A stretch of 64,000 bases of DNA from an uncultured Acidimicrobiales bacterium (GCA_963726495.1 CAVSCP010000009.1:79665-143664), one strand, 5' to 3'; counted from the stretch's first letter, positions 10,002-19,251 are shown. Notes: generated by a model from the letters alone, not told the origin. A program made the numbers and translations.

Positions 10002-11019
10002 ATGCTCGCCGCAGTGCAGAGCCGAGCGGCCACGATCGACGACGTGGCGAAGGCCGCTGGGGTGTCCCCCGCGACCGTCTCGAGGGTCGTGAACGGCACG
10101 CGCGACGTGTCGCCCGATCGGGCCGCACGAGTGCGGGCGGCCGTGGCGGAGCTCGGCTACCAGCCGTTCGGCCCGGCCCGAGCGCTCCGCCTTCAGGCCA
10201 CCGACGTCTGGGCGGTGATCGTCGCCGACATCGAGAACCCGTTCTTCACGTCGATCGTCCGGGGCATCGAAGACGGCGGACGCGAGCACGGGTTCCGCGT
10301 GATGCTCTGCAACTCCGACGAGGACCTCCGCAAGGAGGCCGACTACGTCGACGTCGCGATCGCCGAACGCATGGCGGGTGTCGTCATCGCGGTCGCGTCG
10401 ACCCGCGCGTCGAAGCTCGACCCGCTGCTCGACGCCGGGATCGCCGTCGTGGCCGTCGATCGCCGACCCGGCGGCACGCAAGGTCGACAGCGTGCTCGTC
10501 GACAACGAGCGCGGGGCGGCGGAAGCGACCACCCATCTCATCGAAGCGGGCGCGACCCGCATCGCTTGCATCACCGGACCGCAACGACTCAGTACGGCGA
10601 ACGAGCGAGCGAGCGGCTACCGCAAGCGCGCTGCGACACGCGGGCCGTCGACGCTCGATCCCTCGCTCGTCGCTCGTACGGACTTCCGCGAGACCGGCGG
10701 GTACAAGGCGATGCGCGAGCTGTGCTCGTTGCCGCAGCCACCTGACGCAGTGCTCGTCGCCAACAACCTCATGACCGTCGGCGCGCTCGAGGCGCTCCGC
10801 GACGAGGGTCTCTCGGTGCCGGGCGACGTGCGGGTCGTCGGCTTCGACGATGCCCCGTGGGCGAAGCTGCTGCAGCCGTCGCTCACGGTCGTCGCGCAGC
10901 CCACCTACGAGATCGGCCGCCGATCTGCCGAGCTGCTGCTGACCGCGCGCTCGCAGCCCGCACGCCCGCGCCAAGAAGTGCTGCTGCATCCGCATCTCAT
11001 CGTTCGGGAGAGCACATGA
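10002..11019 (+). pseudogene. LacI-family transcriptional regulator, one frame break near 10470
   Basis: The HTH is ATIDDVAKAAGVSPATVSRVVNG. The sugar-binding core continues in ORF 10378..11019 (..VDSVLVDNERGAAEATTHLIEAGATRIACITG..VVGFDD..). Confidence 0.85.
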
Positions 11020-11795
11020 CTGCGACGACCACCTACCGCGCCGCGACGCAAGAGGACATCGACTTCTTCCGCACGCACGGCTACATCGTCGTGCGCGACG
11101 TGATCGATCCCGCCGAGCTCGACTCGATCACCGCGCTGTGCGACCAGATCATCGAAAGGAAAGAGACGCTCGCGTTCGACTGGGCGTGGGAGAAGGACAA
11201 GTCGCGCGACGAGCGCGAGTTCAAGATCCTGCAGTCGAGCCCCACGATGTTGTGGCCCGACGCGGTCAGTGGCGCCCCGTTCCGCAAGTGGGCGGTCGAC
11301 TTCGCCTCTGCGCTGATGGGCTTCGAGCTCGAGTTCTGGTACGACCAGTTCCTCGCCAAGCCGCCGCAGAAGGGCGCGGCGACGTTGTGGCATCAGGACG
11401 AGGGCTACTGGGGTCGCAACCTCGACGACCTCGGGATCACCTGCTGGATGCCGTTCCACGACGTCGACGAGCGCAACGGGTGCATGCACTTCATCGACGG
11501 CGGCCAGCGCGACGGCGTCCTCCCCCATCGCCAGCCCGAGCACGTGCAGAGCGATCTGCTCTTCTGCGAGCCCGACGAGTCGCGGGCGATCGCGTGCCCG
11601 ATCTCGCGCGGCAGCGTGACGTTCCACCACTCGAAGACGCCGCACATGACCACGGCCAACTCGACCGACGCGTGGCGCAAGATCCTGACGCAGCACCTCC
11701 GCAAGGCCGGCGCTCCCGGCGAGGGCGACCACTACCCGTGGAAGGTCTACGTGAACCAGATCACCGGCGAGCGCACGATCCCGCCCTCCCGCTGA
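11016..11795 (+). CDS. PhyH-family Fe(II)/2-oxoglutarate dioxygenase, paralogue 2
   Basis: The ATG at 11016 overlaps the lacI stop (ATGA). Sequence features are ..FFRTHGYIVVRDV..TLWHQDEGYW..GCMHFIDGG..VTFHHSKTPHMTTAN... Confidence 0.8.
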   Translation: MTATTTYRAATQEDIDFFRTHGYIVVRDVIDPAELDSITALCDQIIERKETLAFDWAWEKDKSRDEREFKILQSSPTMLWPDAVSGAPFRKWAVDFASALMGFELEFWYDQFLAKPPQKGAATLWHQDEGYWGRNLDDLGITCWMPFHDVDERNGCMHFIDGGQRDGVLPHRQPEHVQSDLLFCEPDESRAIACPISRGSVTFHHSKTPHMTTANSTDAWRKILTQHLRKAGAPGEGDHYPWKVYVNQITGERTIPPSR

Positions 11796-11805
11796 ACTGC
11801 TGGCT

Positions 11806-11832
11806 GTTTCTCACTCGCCAGGAGTGAGAAAC
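11806..11832. terminator. Bidirectional hairpin terminator candidate
   Basis: GTTTCTCACT-cgccagg-AGTGAGAAAC is a perfect 10-bp stem. It sits between the convergent stops at 11795 and 11854. There is no clear U-tract. Confidence 0.5.
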
Positions 11833-11853
11833 ACCAAGAGAACCAGCGCCGGG

Positions 11854-13023
11854 TTAGGGGGTGCCGACGACTGCGGAGATCGCCTCCGAGGGATGGGCGG
11901 TCTCCCAGGGGCGACGTTCGATGTCGGCGAGCGCGGCGGCGAGCTCGAGCCGAGGCACTGCTTGCGGGCGTGTGCAGTACACGTACGACACCGCGCAGTA
12001 GTCGTCGACGCGCTCGGCGATGCCCCACGCGAGGTACCGACCCTTCGCGTCGTACTGCCAGCCCTCGCCCGCGACCGGATGCGTCGTCTCGTACTCCGCG
12101 AGCATGGCTTCGCCGCCGAGCGGGAAGAACTTCGCGCCGATCTGCTGGATCGTGACCTTCAGGTCGGACGTGAACATGATCGGGTCGAGCACGTGCCAGC
12201 GGTAGAAGCTCACGAACTCGGGCTGGTCGGGACCGGCCGGACCGATGTTGACCGGCGCGCCTCCGTAGGGCGCGGCGTGCGCGCCCATCCCCCATGCGCT
12301 CCCGACGTAGTCCTCGAGGCCCGTGCCACAGATCGTCGGCAGCTCGTCGTCGCCGTCGCGGAAGACCTTGACCTCGCCTTCGCCGTACCAGTCGCCCGCG
12401 TCGATCACACGGACGCCGATCGCGCAGCCCAGGAAGCGACCCGGTCCCTCGAGGCCGTCGACGATCACGAAGTCGCGCTTCTGCACCGTCGGGTTCTGCC
12501 GCCGGAACCCCACGTGCAGGTATCCCGCGCCGTCGTCGAGCGGCCCGAGGGTGTAGTCGACTTGGTAGTAGAGGATGATCGAGCGCTCCCCGCCGTTGGT
12601 CGCCACGATGCGCACGTGCTCGCCGAACGGCATGGGCACGTAGCTGTTGAAGCCCCGTCCCTCCTGCACGGCATGGAGCGCGGAGTGGTACTCGACCGGG
12701 CGTCCGTGGGGCAGACCGAAGAAGTCGACGAACGGCACCGAGACGCTCGGCTCGGTCATGCCGTCGTAGAAGACCTCGATGAAGAGCGACCGCATGACCT
12801 CGGGCGGCGCCGGCGGGATCGTCATCCAGATGTGGCGGATCGTGCCGGGCCCGTCGATGTCTGCGAGCACCACGGACTCGCCCGCGCGCACCCGCATGTT
12901 GGGAGCGCCCTTGCGACCGCCGTGCGCGGAGCCGCCCGCGCCCCGCGCGCCGGTCGGGTTCTCGAAGGTGACCGCGCGGCTGTCGATCGACGGGTCGATG
13001 AAGGCAGGGTTCTCGAGGTTCAT
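11854..13023 (-). CDS. DUF2961 / glycoside hydrolase family 172-like protein
   Basis: Starts MNLENPAF. Sequence features are ..GPGTIRHIWMT..FNSYVPMPF..ILYYQVDY..RFLGCAIGV..GEGEVKVF..GTGLEDY... The ATG overlaps the upstream stop (ATGA at 13020..13023). Confidence 0.75.
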   Translation of the reverse strand: MNLENPAFIDPSIDSRAVTFENPTGARGAGGSAHGGRKGAPNMRVRAGESVVLADIDGPGTIRHIWMTIPPAPPEVMRSLFIEVFYDGMTEPSVSVPFVDFFGLPHGRPVEYHSALHAVQEGRGFNSYVPMPFGEHVRIVATNGGERSIILYYQVDYTLGPLDDGAGYLHVGFRRQNPTVQKRDFVIVDGLEGPGRFLGCAIGVRVIDAGDWYGEGEVKVFRDGDDELPTICGTGLEDYVGSAWGMGAHAAPYGGAPVNIGPAGPDQPEFVSFYRWHVLDPIMFTSDLKVTIQQIGAKFFPLGGEAMLAEYETTHPVAGEGWQYDAKGRYLAWGIAERVDDYCAVSYVYCTRPQAVPRLELAAALADIERRPWETAHPSEAISAVVGTP

Positions 13024-13835
13024 CGCGTGATCGTCCGCGCTTCCCAGGCCTTGCGGCCTTCGTCGAGCCACGGGCGCTCCGCGACGACCTCAGCCGCGAC
13101 CGGCGCGAGCTGGAACTCGTTCGCATACGCGCGGCGGGGCTGGTCGGTCGTGTTCGGTCCGGCGTAGTGGATCATCCGCGGGTGATGGAAGGTCGCCGCG
13201 CCCGCCGGGATCGGCACCGCGACCGCACCGGTCGTGTCGGGCTCGTCGGCCTCGAGCCCGTGCACACGCGGGTCGTCTCCGATGTGGTGGTGCGACAGGA
13301 CCGGCCCGCGATGCGAGCCCGGCACGAAGTGGAGGCACCCGCTCTCGACCGACGCGTCGTCGAGCGGCATCCACGCGCCGACCGCGGTGTACGCCTTGTC
13401 GGCCGGCCAATAGGCCTCGTCTTGGTGCCACGGCGTCTCGTGGCCTCGGTGCGCGGGCTTCAAGATCATGTGTCCCCAACCGTGCAGCACGGCCTCGTCC
13501 ACGCCGAGCAGCGCCGACGCCATGCGACGGGCGTTGCGGAAGTACACGGTGTCGCGAAGCTGTGGGAAGCGATGCTCCGGCGAGAGCACCTGCGGCAGCA
13601 GGTCGTCGCCCTCCGCGTCGTAGGAGCGAGCCAGGTCGAAGTAGCCGCCCTCGAACGCGCCCGCCTTCTCCTCGAAGAGGAGGTCGTACGCGACGCCGAG
13701 CCACTCGACTTCTTCGTCGGTCGTGATGCGCGGCACCGACACGAACCCGTTGGCCGCGAAGAAGGCCACGTCTGCTTCGGTGGGGGTGATCTCGAACCGC
13801 GCGCTCGGAAGCGGCGGCAGGTCGACGTCGGTCAT
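13020..13835 (-). CDS. PhyH-family Fe(II)/2-oxoglutarate dioxygenase, paralogue 3
   Basis: Starts MTDVDLPP. Sequence features are ..FAANGFVSVPRI..TPWHQDEAYW..GCLHFVPGSH..ATFHHPRMIHYAGPN... The ATG overlaps the upstream stop (ATGA at 13832..13835). Confidence 0.8.
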   Translation of the reverse strand: MTDVDLPPLPSARFEITPTEADVAFFAANGFVSVPRITTDEEVEWLGVAYDLLFEEKAGAFEGGYFDLARSYDAEGDDLLPQVLSPEHRFPQLRDTVYFRNARRMASALLGVDEAVLHGWGHMILKPAHRGHETPWHQDEAYWPADKAYTAVGAWMPLDDASVESGCLHFVPGSHRGPVLSHHHIGDDPRVHGLEADEPDTTGAVAVPIPAGAATFHHPRMIHYAGPNTTDQPRRAYANEFQLAPVAAEVVAERPWLDEGRKAWEARTITR

Positions 13836-14606
13836 GCGGGCTGAGGCTTGGGCTTCGGCTTGAACATGTCGCGGATGTGGGTCATCCCGACGGGCTGGTA
13901 GCTGTAGAGCAACGCTCGCCGCTCGGTGTCGGAGGTGTTCGGCGCCGACTGGTGCACGAGGAACGGCCCGAACGCGACGAGCGAACCCGCCTTCATCTCG
14001 AGGGGGACGAGCTCGGCCTCCGCGTACGCGTTGAAGTCGATCTCGTTCTGCCCGAACACGTCGGCGTCGGTGCGCTTGTCCCACTCCCCCGACTTGTGGC
14101 TGCCGGGGACGACATGGAGGCACCCGTTTGCGAGCGTCGCGTCGTCGAGCATCAGCATGATCGTCATCACACGGTCGGCGTCGTCCGCGGTGCCGACCCA
14201 GTACGGATGGTCCTGGTGCATCGGGTTCACGCCACCGTGATGCGGACGCTTGAGGTTCAGCTTCTCGGTGAAGAGCATCGGCTCGGCGTCGAGGACGTCG
14301 CGCGCCAAGTCGAGGAAGCGAGGATCGTGGGCCCAGTCGTTGAGCGCGGGACTGAGGTGCGCGAACGGCTCGATGCCGTGGACGATGTCGCTGTCGCCCT
14401 CCCACTTGATCATCGTCTGGCGCGTCACGTCGGGATCGAACACGTAGCTGCCCGCGTGGATGCGACGGCCCTGACGGTCGCGCACGAGGTCGGCGACGAG
14501 CGCTTCGCACGCGTCGACCATGTCCGCGATCTCGGCGGACGGTGAACACCCCCTCGCGGACGACGAAGCCGTCGTCGTCGTACTGCCGACGTTCTCGATC
14601 GTCCAC
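13832..14606 (-). pseudogene. PhyH-family Fe(II)/2-oxoglutarate dioxygenase, paralogue 4, one frame break near 14540
   Basis: The GTG at 14604..14606 is preceded by AGGGGG. The N-terminus is VDDRERRQYDDDGFVVREGVFT. ORF 13832..14521 follows (..NPMHQDHPYW..GCLHVVPGSH..LVHQSAPN..). Confidence 0.75.
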
Positions 14607-14629
14607 CCGCGACCCCCTGCCGTGAACCC

Positions 14630-14643
14630 GGAAAACGATTTCC
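14630..14643. promoter_or_regulatory. LacI-type operator candidate O2 (GGAAAACGATTTCC)
   Basis: A near-palindrome with the same GAAA(A/T)CGATTTC core as O1. It lies in the divergent region between PhyH-4 (start 14606) and the acyl-CoA dehydrogenase (start 14680). Confidence 0.5.
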
Positions 14644-14679
14644 TGCAGCGGGGTCACGCTACCGCGTACGTTCGAGGCG

Positions 14680-15936
14680 ATGGCCCGACCCGACCGCGAC
14701 GCCAGCTCGGTCCGTGCCGAGATCCGCGAGTGGCTCGCGGCGAGCTGGGATCCCGACCTCCCGCTCGTCGAGTGGCGCACGCGGCTCGCCGACTCGGGAT
14801 GGGCGTGCCCTTCGTGGCCGGTCGAGTGGTTCGGCCAAGGCTTGCCCGCGTGGTCCGAGTCGATCGTGCACGACGAGATCGCGGACGCCGGAGCCGTCGG
14901 TCCGCCCGTCGGCGGGGGCATGGGGCTGGCGGCACCGACGATCCTCGCCCACGGGCCTGACTCGCTGCGACGCAAGCTCCTCCATCCGATCCTCACCGGT
15001 GAGCACATGTGGTGCCAGCTCTTCAGCGAGCCCGGCAACGGCTCCGACCTCGCCGGCCTCACGACCCGAGCGGAGCGCGACGGCGACGAGTGGGTGATCA
15101 ACGGACAGAAGGTGTGGAACACCTCCGCCCACCATGCCGAGTTCGGCATGCTCCTCGCTCGCACCGATTGGGACGTGCCCAAGCACAAGGGCATCAGCTA
15201 CTTCGCGCTGCCGATGCACCAACCCGGCGTCGAGGTGCGTCCGCTGCGCCAGATGAACCGTCACGCATCGTTCAACGAGGTGTTCCTCACCGATGCGCGT
15301 GTCTCTGTCGACATGATGGTCGGTGAGCCCGGCGAGGGCTGGCGCGCTGCGCTCACCACGCTCGCCCACGAGCGCAGGTTCGCCGGGGCGTTCCGACCAC
15401 GGCTGCCGCGGGTCGACGGGCGCGCGGTGCGCGAGGCGCAAGCCGAGGCCGACGAGTACTTCGCGACCTACTCGTGGTACCCGCAGCGCGCCGGACGCGC
15501 CGACCTCCTCGTCGATGCCGCTCGCGAGCAGGGACGCCTCGACGATCCGCTCGTGCGCCAGGCGATCGCGGCCGAGACCTCGCTCGTGCGGGCGAACCAG
15601 TGGACCGCCCAGCGTGCTCAGGCGGCACGCGCCCTCGGACGTCCCCCCGGCGCCGAAGGCTCGCTCGGGAAGCTGGCGGCGAGCGACGTCGCGCGCGGCG
15701 CCGCGCTGGCCCATGCGCTCATCGGCGGCGCGTCGGCGATGCTCGACTACGAGGACGGAGCGATGGACGGCGTCGTCGCCGAGGTGCTCGTGTCGGTGCC
15801 CGCGGTCTCGATCGCGGGCGGCACCGACCAGATCCAGCGCAACATCATCGGGGAGCAGGTCCTCGGCTTGCCTCGTGAGCCGAGCGTCGACCGCGACATG
15901 CCCTTCCGCGAGGTGCCCCGCAACACGGGTCGCTGA
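14680..15936 (+). CDS. Acyl-CoA dehydrogenase family protein
   Basis: Intact 418-aa ORF (..WCQLFSEPGNGSDLAGLTTRAERDGDEWVINGQKVWNTSA..GGTDQIQRNIIGEQVLGLP..). Confidence 0.85.
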   Translation: MARPDRDASSVRAEIREWLAASWDPDLPLVEWRTRLADSGWACPSWPVEWFGQGLPAWSESIVHDEIADAGAVGPPVGGGMGLAAPTILAHGPDSLRRKLLHPILTGEHMWCQLFSEPGNGSDLAGLTTRAERDGDEWVINGQKVWNTSAHHAEFGMLLARTDWDVPKHKGISYFALPMHQPGVEVRPLRQMNRHASFNEVFLTDARVSVDMMVGEPGEGWRAALTTLAHERRFAGAFRPRLPRVDGRAVREAQAEADEYFATYSWYPQRAGRADLLVDAAREQGRLDDPLVRQAIAAETSLVRANQWTAQRAQAARALGRPPGAEGSLGKLAASDVARGAALAHALIGGASAMLDYEDGAMDGVVAEVLVSVPAVSIAGGTDQIQRNIIGEQVLGLPREPSVDRDMPFREVPRNTGR

Positions 15937-15950
15937 CGCACCCCTCGAGC

Positions 15951-16017
15951 GAACTCGCGCGCATAACCGGCCATCGGTGGCGGGTTATCGCGCGCGAGAA
16001 CGCGGAGGGAGGGCTGG
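15951..16017 (+). repeat. Hairpin plus G-tract intergenic repeat, copy A
   Basis: The sequence is gaaCTCGCGCGCATAACCGGCC-atcggt-GGCGGGTTATCGCGCGCGAG-aacgcggagggagggctgg. The arms at 15954..15972 and 15979..15998 are near-perfect complements. It lies just after the acyl-CoA dehydrogenase stop. Confidence 0.65.
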
Positions 16018-16036
16018 ACGGGCGTACCGTGCGCCG

Positions 16037-16273
16037 ATGGCGACGCACAACATCGAGATGCAGCAGACCGCGCGGCTCGTGAGCAAGGTCGATGTCGTCT
16101 TCGTCGTGTCGAACGACGAGGAAGGCAAGCTCGGCGAGCTCCACCTTTCGAAAGGCGGGGTCGACTGGTGGCCCAAGAACTCGAAGAAGTACTTCCATCG
16201 CTACAACTGGGAGCAGTTCCGCCGCCTGATCGAGAGCGAGCCGGCGAAGCGGAAGCCCGACGACGAGGAGTGA
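16037..16273 (+). CDS. Hypothetical small protein (78 aa)
   Basis: The ATG at 16037 is in frame with ORF 15323..16273. The sequence is MATHNIEMQQTARLVSKVDVVFVVSNDEEGKLGELHLSKGGVDWWPKNSKKYFHRYNWEQFRRLIESEPAKRKPDDEE. Third-position GC is high. I recognised no family. Confidence 0.5.
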   Translation: MATHNIEMQQTARLVSKVDVVFVVSNDEEGKLGELHLSKGGVDWWPKNSKKYFHRYNWEQFRRLIESEPAKRKPDDEE

Positions 16274-16276
16274 TCG

Positions 16277-16711
16277 ATGCCGTACACGCCGGCACCTGAC
16301 GGCTGGTGGCAGGAGTTCCTCGGCGCGCTCCCCGCACACACGGCAAAGCTCGCCGTCGTCAAGGCGGACGGCAGCCCGCACGTCGCTCCGGTCTGGATCG
16401 ACCTCGACGGCGACGATGTGATCTTCACGACTGGCTCCGACACGTGAAGGGAAGGGCGATCCTGCGCGACCCGCGGGTGAGCATCTGCGTCGACGACGAG
16501 CACCCGCCGTTCAGCTTCGTCACGATCAACGGGCGAGGCGCGCGTCTCGCTCGATCCCGACGAGCTGCTGCTCTGGGCGACGCGCATCGCCGGCCGCTAC
16601 ATGGGAGCCGACCTCGCCGACGAGTACGGACGCCGCAACGCGGTGCGCTCCGAGATGGTCGTGCGCGTCACGCCGACGAAGGTCGTCGCCACCGTGAACG
16701 TCGCGGACTAG
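16277..16711 (+). pseudogene. PPOX-class (pyridoxamine 5'-phosphate oxidase-like, probably F420-dependent) protein, two frame breaks
   Basis: MPYTPAPDGWWQEFLG..AKLAVVKADGSPHVAPVWIDLDGDDVIFTTGSDT runs into a TGA at 16445..16447, apparently because one G is missing next to 16444. It continues as VKGRAILRDPRVSICVDDEHPPFSFVTING. An extra G in the GGG at 16531..16533 then shifts the frame to EARVSLDPDELLLWATRIAGRYMG..VNVAD*. Confidence 0.7.
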
Positions 16712-17415
16712 CCCAGCGCGGCGAGTGCCTCTCGCAGCGTCGGGCTCACGGGGCTGTCGGCAGGGAGCCGAGCGTTCACCGCGTCGATGAGCTGGTCGTC
16801 GGTGAGCGTCGCCTCGACACCGTTCGCTCGGACCCACGTGCCGTCGTCGAGGAGCTGCACCTCGACGTCGGGCTTCGCCTCGGCCAGCGCGAAGCGAGCG
16901 AACCGGGCTCGCCAGTCGCGCCGCGTCTCTTCTTCCCGCTTGTGCGTCGTCGGCACGCCGACGTCGTCGGCGTGCGTCGCCAGCTCGGACGCGAGGTGCC
17001 ATGCCTGCCATCGAACCGGGTACGCGCCCACCGCCGTCGGCATGTCTTCACCGTCGCGCCGCCGCATGTCGGCTCGGGTGTCGCCGTTCTCGCGCTGGAA
17101 CTCGTCGAGCAGATCGGCCGGCGACTTGTCCTTGCGGTCGCTCACACCGAGCGCGTTGAACGAGTGGACGTCGGTCGCTCCTCGTGCGGCGTAGCCCTCG
17201 AACATGGTGCCGACCGAGTCGGTGAGGCAGGCCCGGTTGTACTCCTCCCCACCGGCAAGGTGGGCGAGGACGTCTTTCACGGACCAGCCATCGCACGCCG
17301 AGGGCTCGTCCCAGTCGTCGCCCCTGAGCGAGCCGAAGTAGAACTCGAGCCGAGCCGCCTCGGACTCCATCAAGTCGTAGGGGTTGATCTCGGCGAGCTC
17401 GCTGTCGTCAGGCAT
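16708..17415 (-). CDS. Maleylpyruvate isomerase-like mycothiol-dependent (DinB/TIGR03083-type) protein
   Basis: Starts MPDDSELAEI. Sequence features are ..WDEPSACDGWSVKDVLAHLAGGEEY..WHLASELATHADDVG... An alternative start at 17448 is possible. Confidence 0.65.
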   Translation of the reverse strand: MPDDSELAEINPYDLMESEAARLEFYFGSLRGDDWDEPSACDGWSVKDVLAHLAGGEEYNRACLTDSVGTMFEGYAARGATDVHSFNALGVSDRKDKSPADLLDEFQRENGDTRADMRRRDGEDMPTAVGAYPVRWQAWHLASELATHADDVGVPTTHKREEETRRDWRARFARFALAEAKPDVEVQLLDDGTWVRANGVEATLTDDQLIDAVNARLPADSPVSPTLREALAALG

Positions 17416-17447
17416 CTGCCCACTTTGCCACCGAGGCGGCGAGCGCA

Positions 17448-17954
17448 CTACCGGAGTCGCACTCCCGAGAACGGCAGGCCCGAGGCGACGACCTCACTCC
17501 AGAACGGCGCGAGGCGGGCCACGAACCGCAGCTCGACACCGGCGTGCGCATGGAGGTCGAGGAGATCGCCTACCGGCCGCACCGAGAGGGGCTCGACGGA
17601 CACCCGCGAGGTCCACTGTCCTTCGGCCTCGGGCCACTCGACGAACGTCGCCCGGTCGAGCTCGTACACATAGAGCCGCACCGCGCGCATGCGCTCGAGC
17701 CACGCGAGCTCGGTTGCGTTGATGCGGTCGGCGTCAGACACGAACCGTGTGCGGAGCACGGCGCGCTGGGCCTCGTCGTTGGCCCACACCGACGCTCGGG
17801 GACAGTCACGCGGGAACCAGTAGACCGGCGCGTGCTCCGCGTCGATCGCCCACACCGCGGGCTCGTGAGTCGGGTTCGTGGCGGGGACGTGCGGGACGAA
17901 GCGCTCGATGGACGGGTCTTCACTGAAGTGGAGCAACGGCGAGATGTCAGCCAT
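17448..17954 (-). CDS. Conserved hypothetical protein (resembles the DUF6886 family)
   Basis: Intact 168-aa ORF (MADISPLLHFSEDPSIERFVPH..VWAIDAEHAPVYWFPRDCPR..). The family name comes from memory only. Confidence 0.5.
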   Translation of the reverse strand: MADISPLLHFSEDPSIERFVPHVPATNPTHEPAVWAIDAEHAPVYWFPRDCPRASVWANDEAQRAVLRTRFVSDADRINATELAWLERMRAVRLYVYELDRATFVEWPEAEGQWTSRVSVEPLSVRPVGDLLDLHAHAGVELRFVARLAPFWSEVVASGLPFSGVRLR

Positions 17955-18033
17955 AAGACGTCCTCGGGCCAGGTGACGATCGTGAGCAACGTGTGGACGA
18001 CGCCGCCTGCGAGGAACAGCAACCCCTAGGGCA

Positions 18034-18816
18034 TCAGTCGCCCAAGAGCTCGCGGTTGCGGGTCCACAGACGACTCATCCCCCGGATCCATCGATCGGGG
18101 TCGTCGGCCTTGCGCGTCATGTACTCGTGCATCGCAGGGTGCGTGAGGATCAGGAACCGGTCGGCGACCACTCCCTCGAGGACGCGCGCCGCCGCTTCGT
18201 CAGCCGAGATCGCCCCTCCTCCGCCGATCATCGTGTCGGCCTTGTCGGGATCGCCCAACGTGCCGCGCAGCATCGGCGTGTCGACCGCTCCCGGGCAGAT
18301 GCACGACACCTTCACCCCCCGATCGGAATAGGTGATCGCCATCCACTCGGCGAACCCCACCGCCGCGTGCTTCGTCGTCGCGTAGACGCCGTCGCCGAGC
18401 GTGGTGAGGATGCCGGCCATCGACGCCGTCGTGACGAGATGCCCTTCGCCGCGCTCGATCCAACGCGGGACCAGCGCTCGCGACGCGTAGACGTGCGCCA
18501 TGACGTTCACCTGCCACTGCAGGTCCCAGAACGCGTCGGGCGCGTCGTACGACCCTCCCTGGGCAACGCCGGCGTTGGCGAACCAGATGGCGATCGGGCC
18601 GTCACGCTGCTCGACCTCGGCAACCAGCCTCTCGGTCGCGTCGGCGTCGGTGACGTCGAGCGCCGCGTTCACGATCGCGTCGCCCTTGTGTCGCGGCGCG
18701 TCGAGGTCTGTCGCGATCACCTTCGTGGCCCCCGCGCCGACGAGCGCCCTCACCAGCGCGCTCCCGATGCCACCCGCCGCGCCGGTGACGACTGCGACCT
18801 TGCCCTTCGGATCCAT
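18034..18816 (-). CDS. Short-chain dehydrogenase/reductase (SDR)
   Basis: Starts MDPKGKVAVVTGAAGGIGSAL (TGxxxGxG). The catalytic motif YATTKHA (YxxxK) is present, preceded by NAG. Confidence 0.85.
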   Translation of the reverse strand: MDPKGKVAVVTGAAGGIGSALVRALVGAGATKVIATDLDAPRHKGDAIVNAALDVTDADATERLVAEVEQRDGPIAIWFANAGVAQGGSYDAPDAFWDLQWQVNVMAHVYASRALVPRWIERGEGHLVTTASMAGILTTLGDGVYATTKHAAVGFAEWMAITYSDRGVKVSCICPGAVDTPMLRGTLGDPDKADTMIGGGGAISADEAAARVLEGVVADRFLILTHPAMHEYMTRKADDPDRWIRGMSRLWTRNRELLGD

Positions 18817-18852
18817 GGGGCGACGATAGGTCGCGTTCGCGATGATGGCCGC

Positions 18853-19251
18853 GTGAGCCCGAAGCGCGCGCAAGCCCTCCCCAAGGTGCGTGAGATCTGC
18901 ATGTCGTTCCCCGAGGTGACCGAGCGCCTCAGCCACGGGTCGCCCACGTGGTTCGTGCGCGGCAAGACGACCTTCGCGACCCTCTGGGAGGACGGGCATC
19001 ACCAGGACCAGTTCCCCCATCTGTGGTGCGCCGCGCCTCCCGGAGTGCAGGGCGAGCTCGTCGAAGCAGAGCCGGACCGCTTCTTCAAGCCTCCCTACGT
19101 CGGAGGACGCGGATGGCTCGGCGTGCGCCTCGACGTGCCGATCGACTGGGACGAGATGACTCTGATCCTCGAGGACGCCTACCGGGTCGTCGCGCCGAAG
19201 AAGCTCATCGCCGAGCTCGACGCTGCGGAGCGGCTAGACGTTTCGCCATGA
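18853..19251 (+). CDS. MmcQ/YjbR family protein
   Basis: GTG at 18853. Sequence features are ..LPKVREICMSFPEVTERLSHGSPTWFVRGKTTFATLW..GGRGWLGVRLD... The stop overlaps the HD gene ATG (ATGA at 19248..19251). Confidence 0.6.
   Translation: MSPKRAQALPKVREICMSFPEVTERLSHGSPTWFVRGKTTFATLWEDGHHQDQFPHLWCAAPPGVQGELVEAEPDRFFKPPYVGGRGWLGVRLDVPIDWDEMTLILEDAYRVVAPKKLIAELDAAERLDVSP

Noticed and set aside
13020-15194. 724-aa minus-strand ORF that looks like one large gene
   Set aside because: It is a composite. Only its last 271 codons (PhyH paralogue 3) and a short stretch near 14545..14606 (the N-terminus of PhyH paralogue 4) are real coding sequence. The rest is out of frame with PhyH-4 or antisense to the acyl-CoA dehydrogenase.
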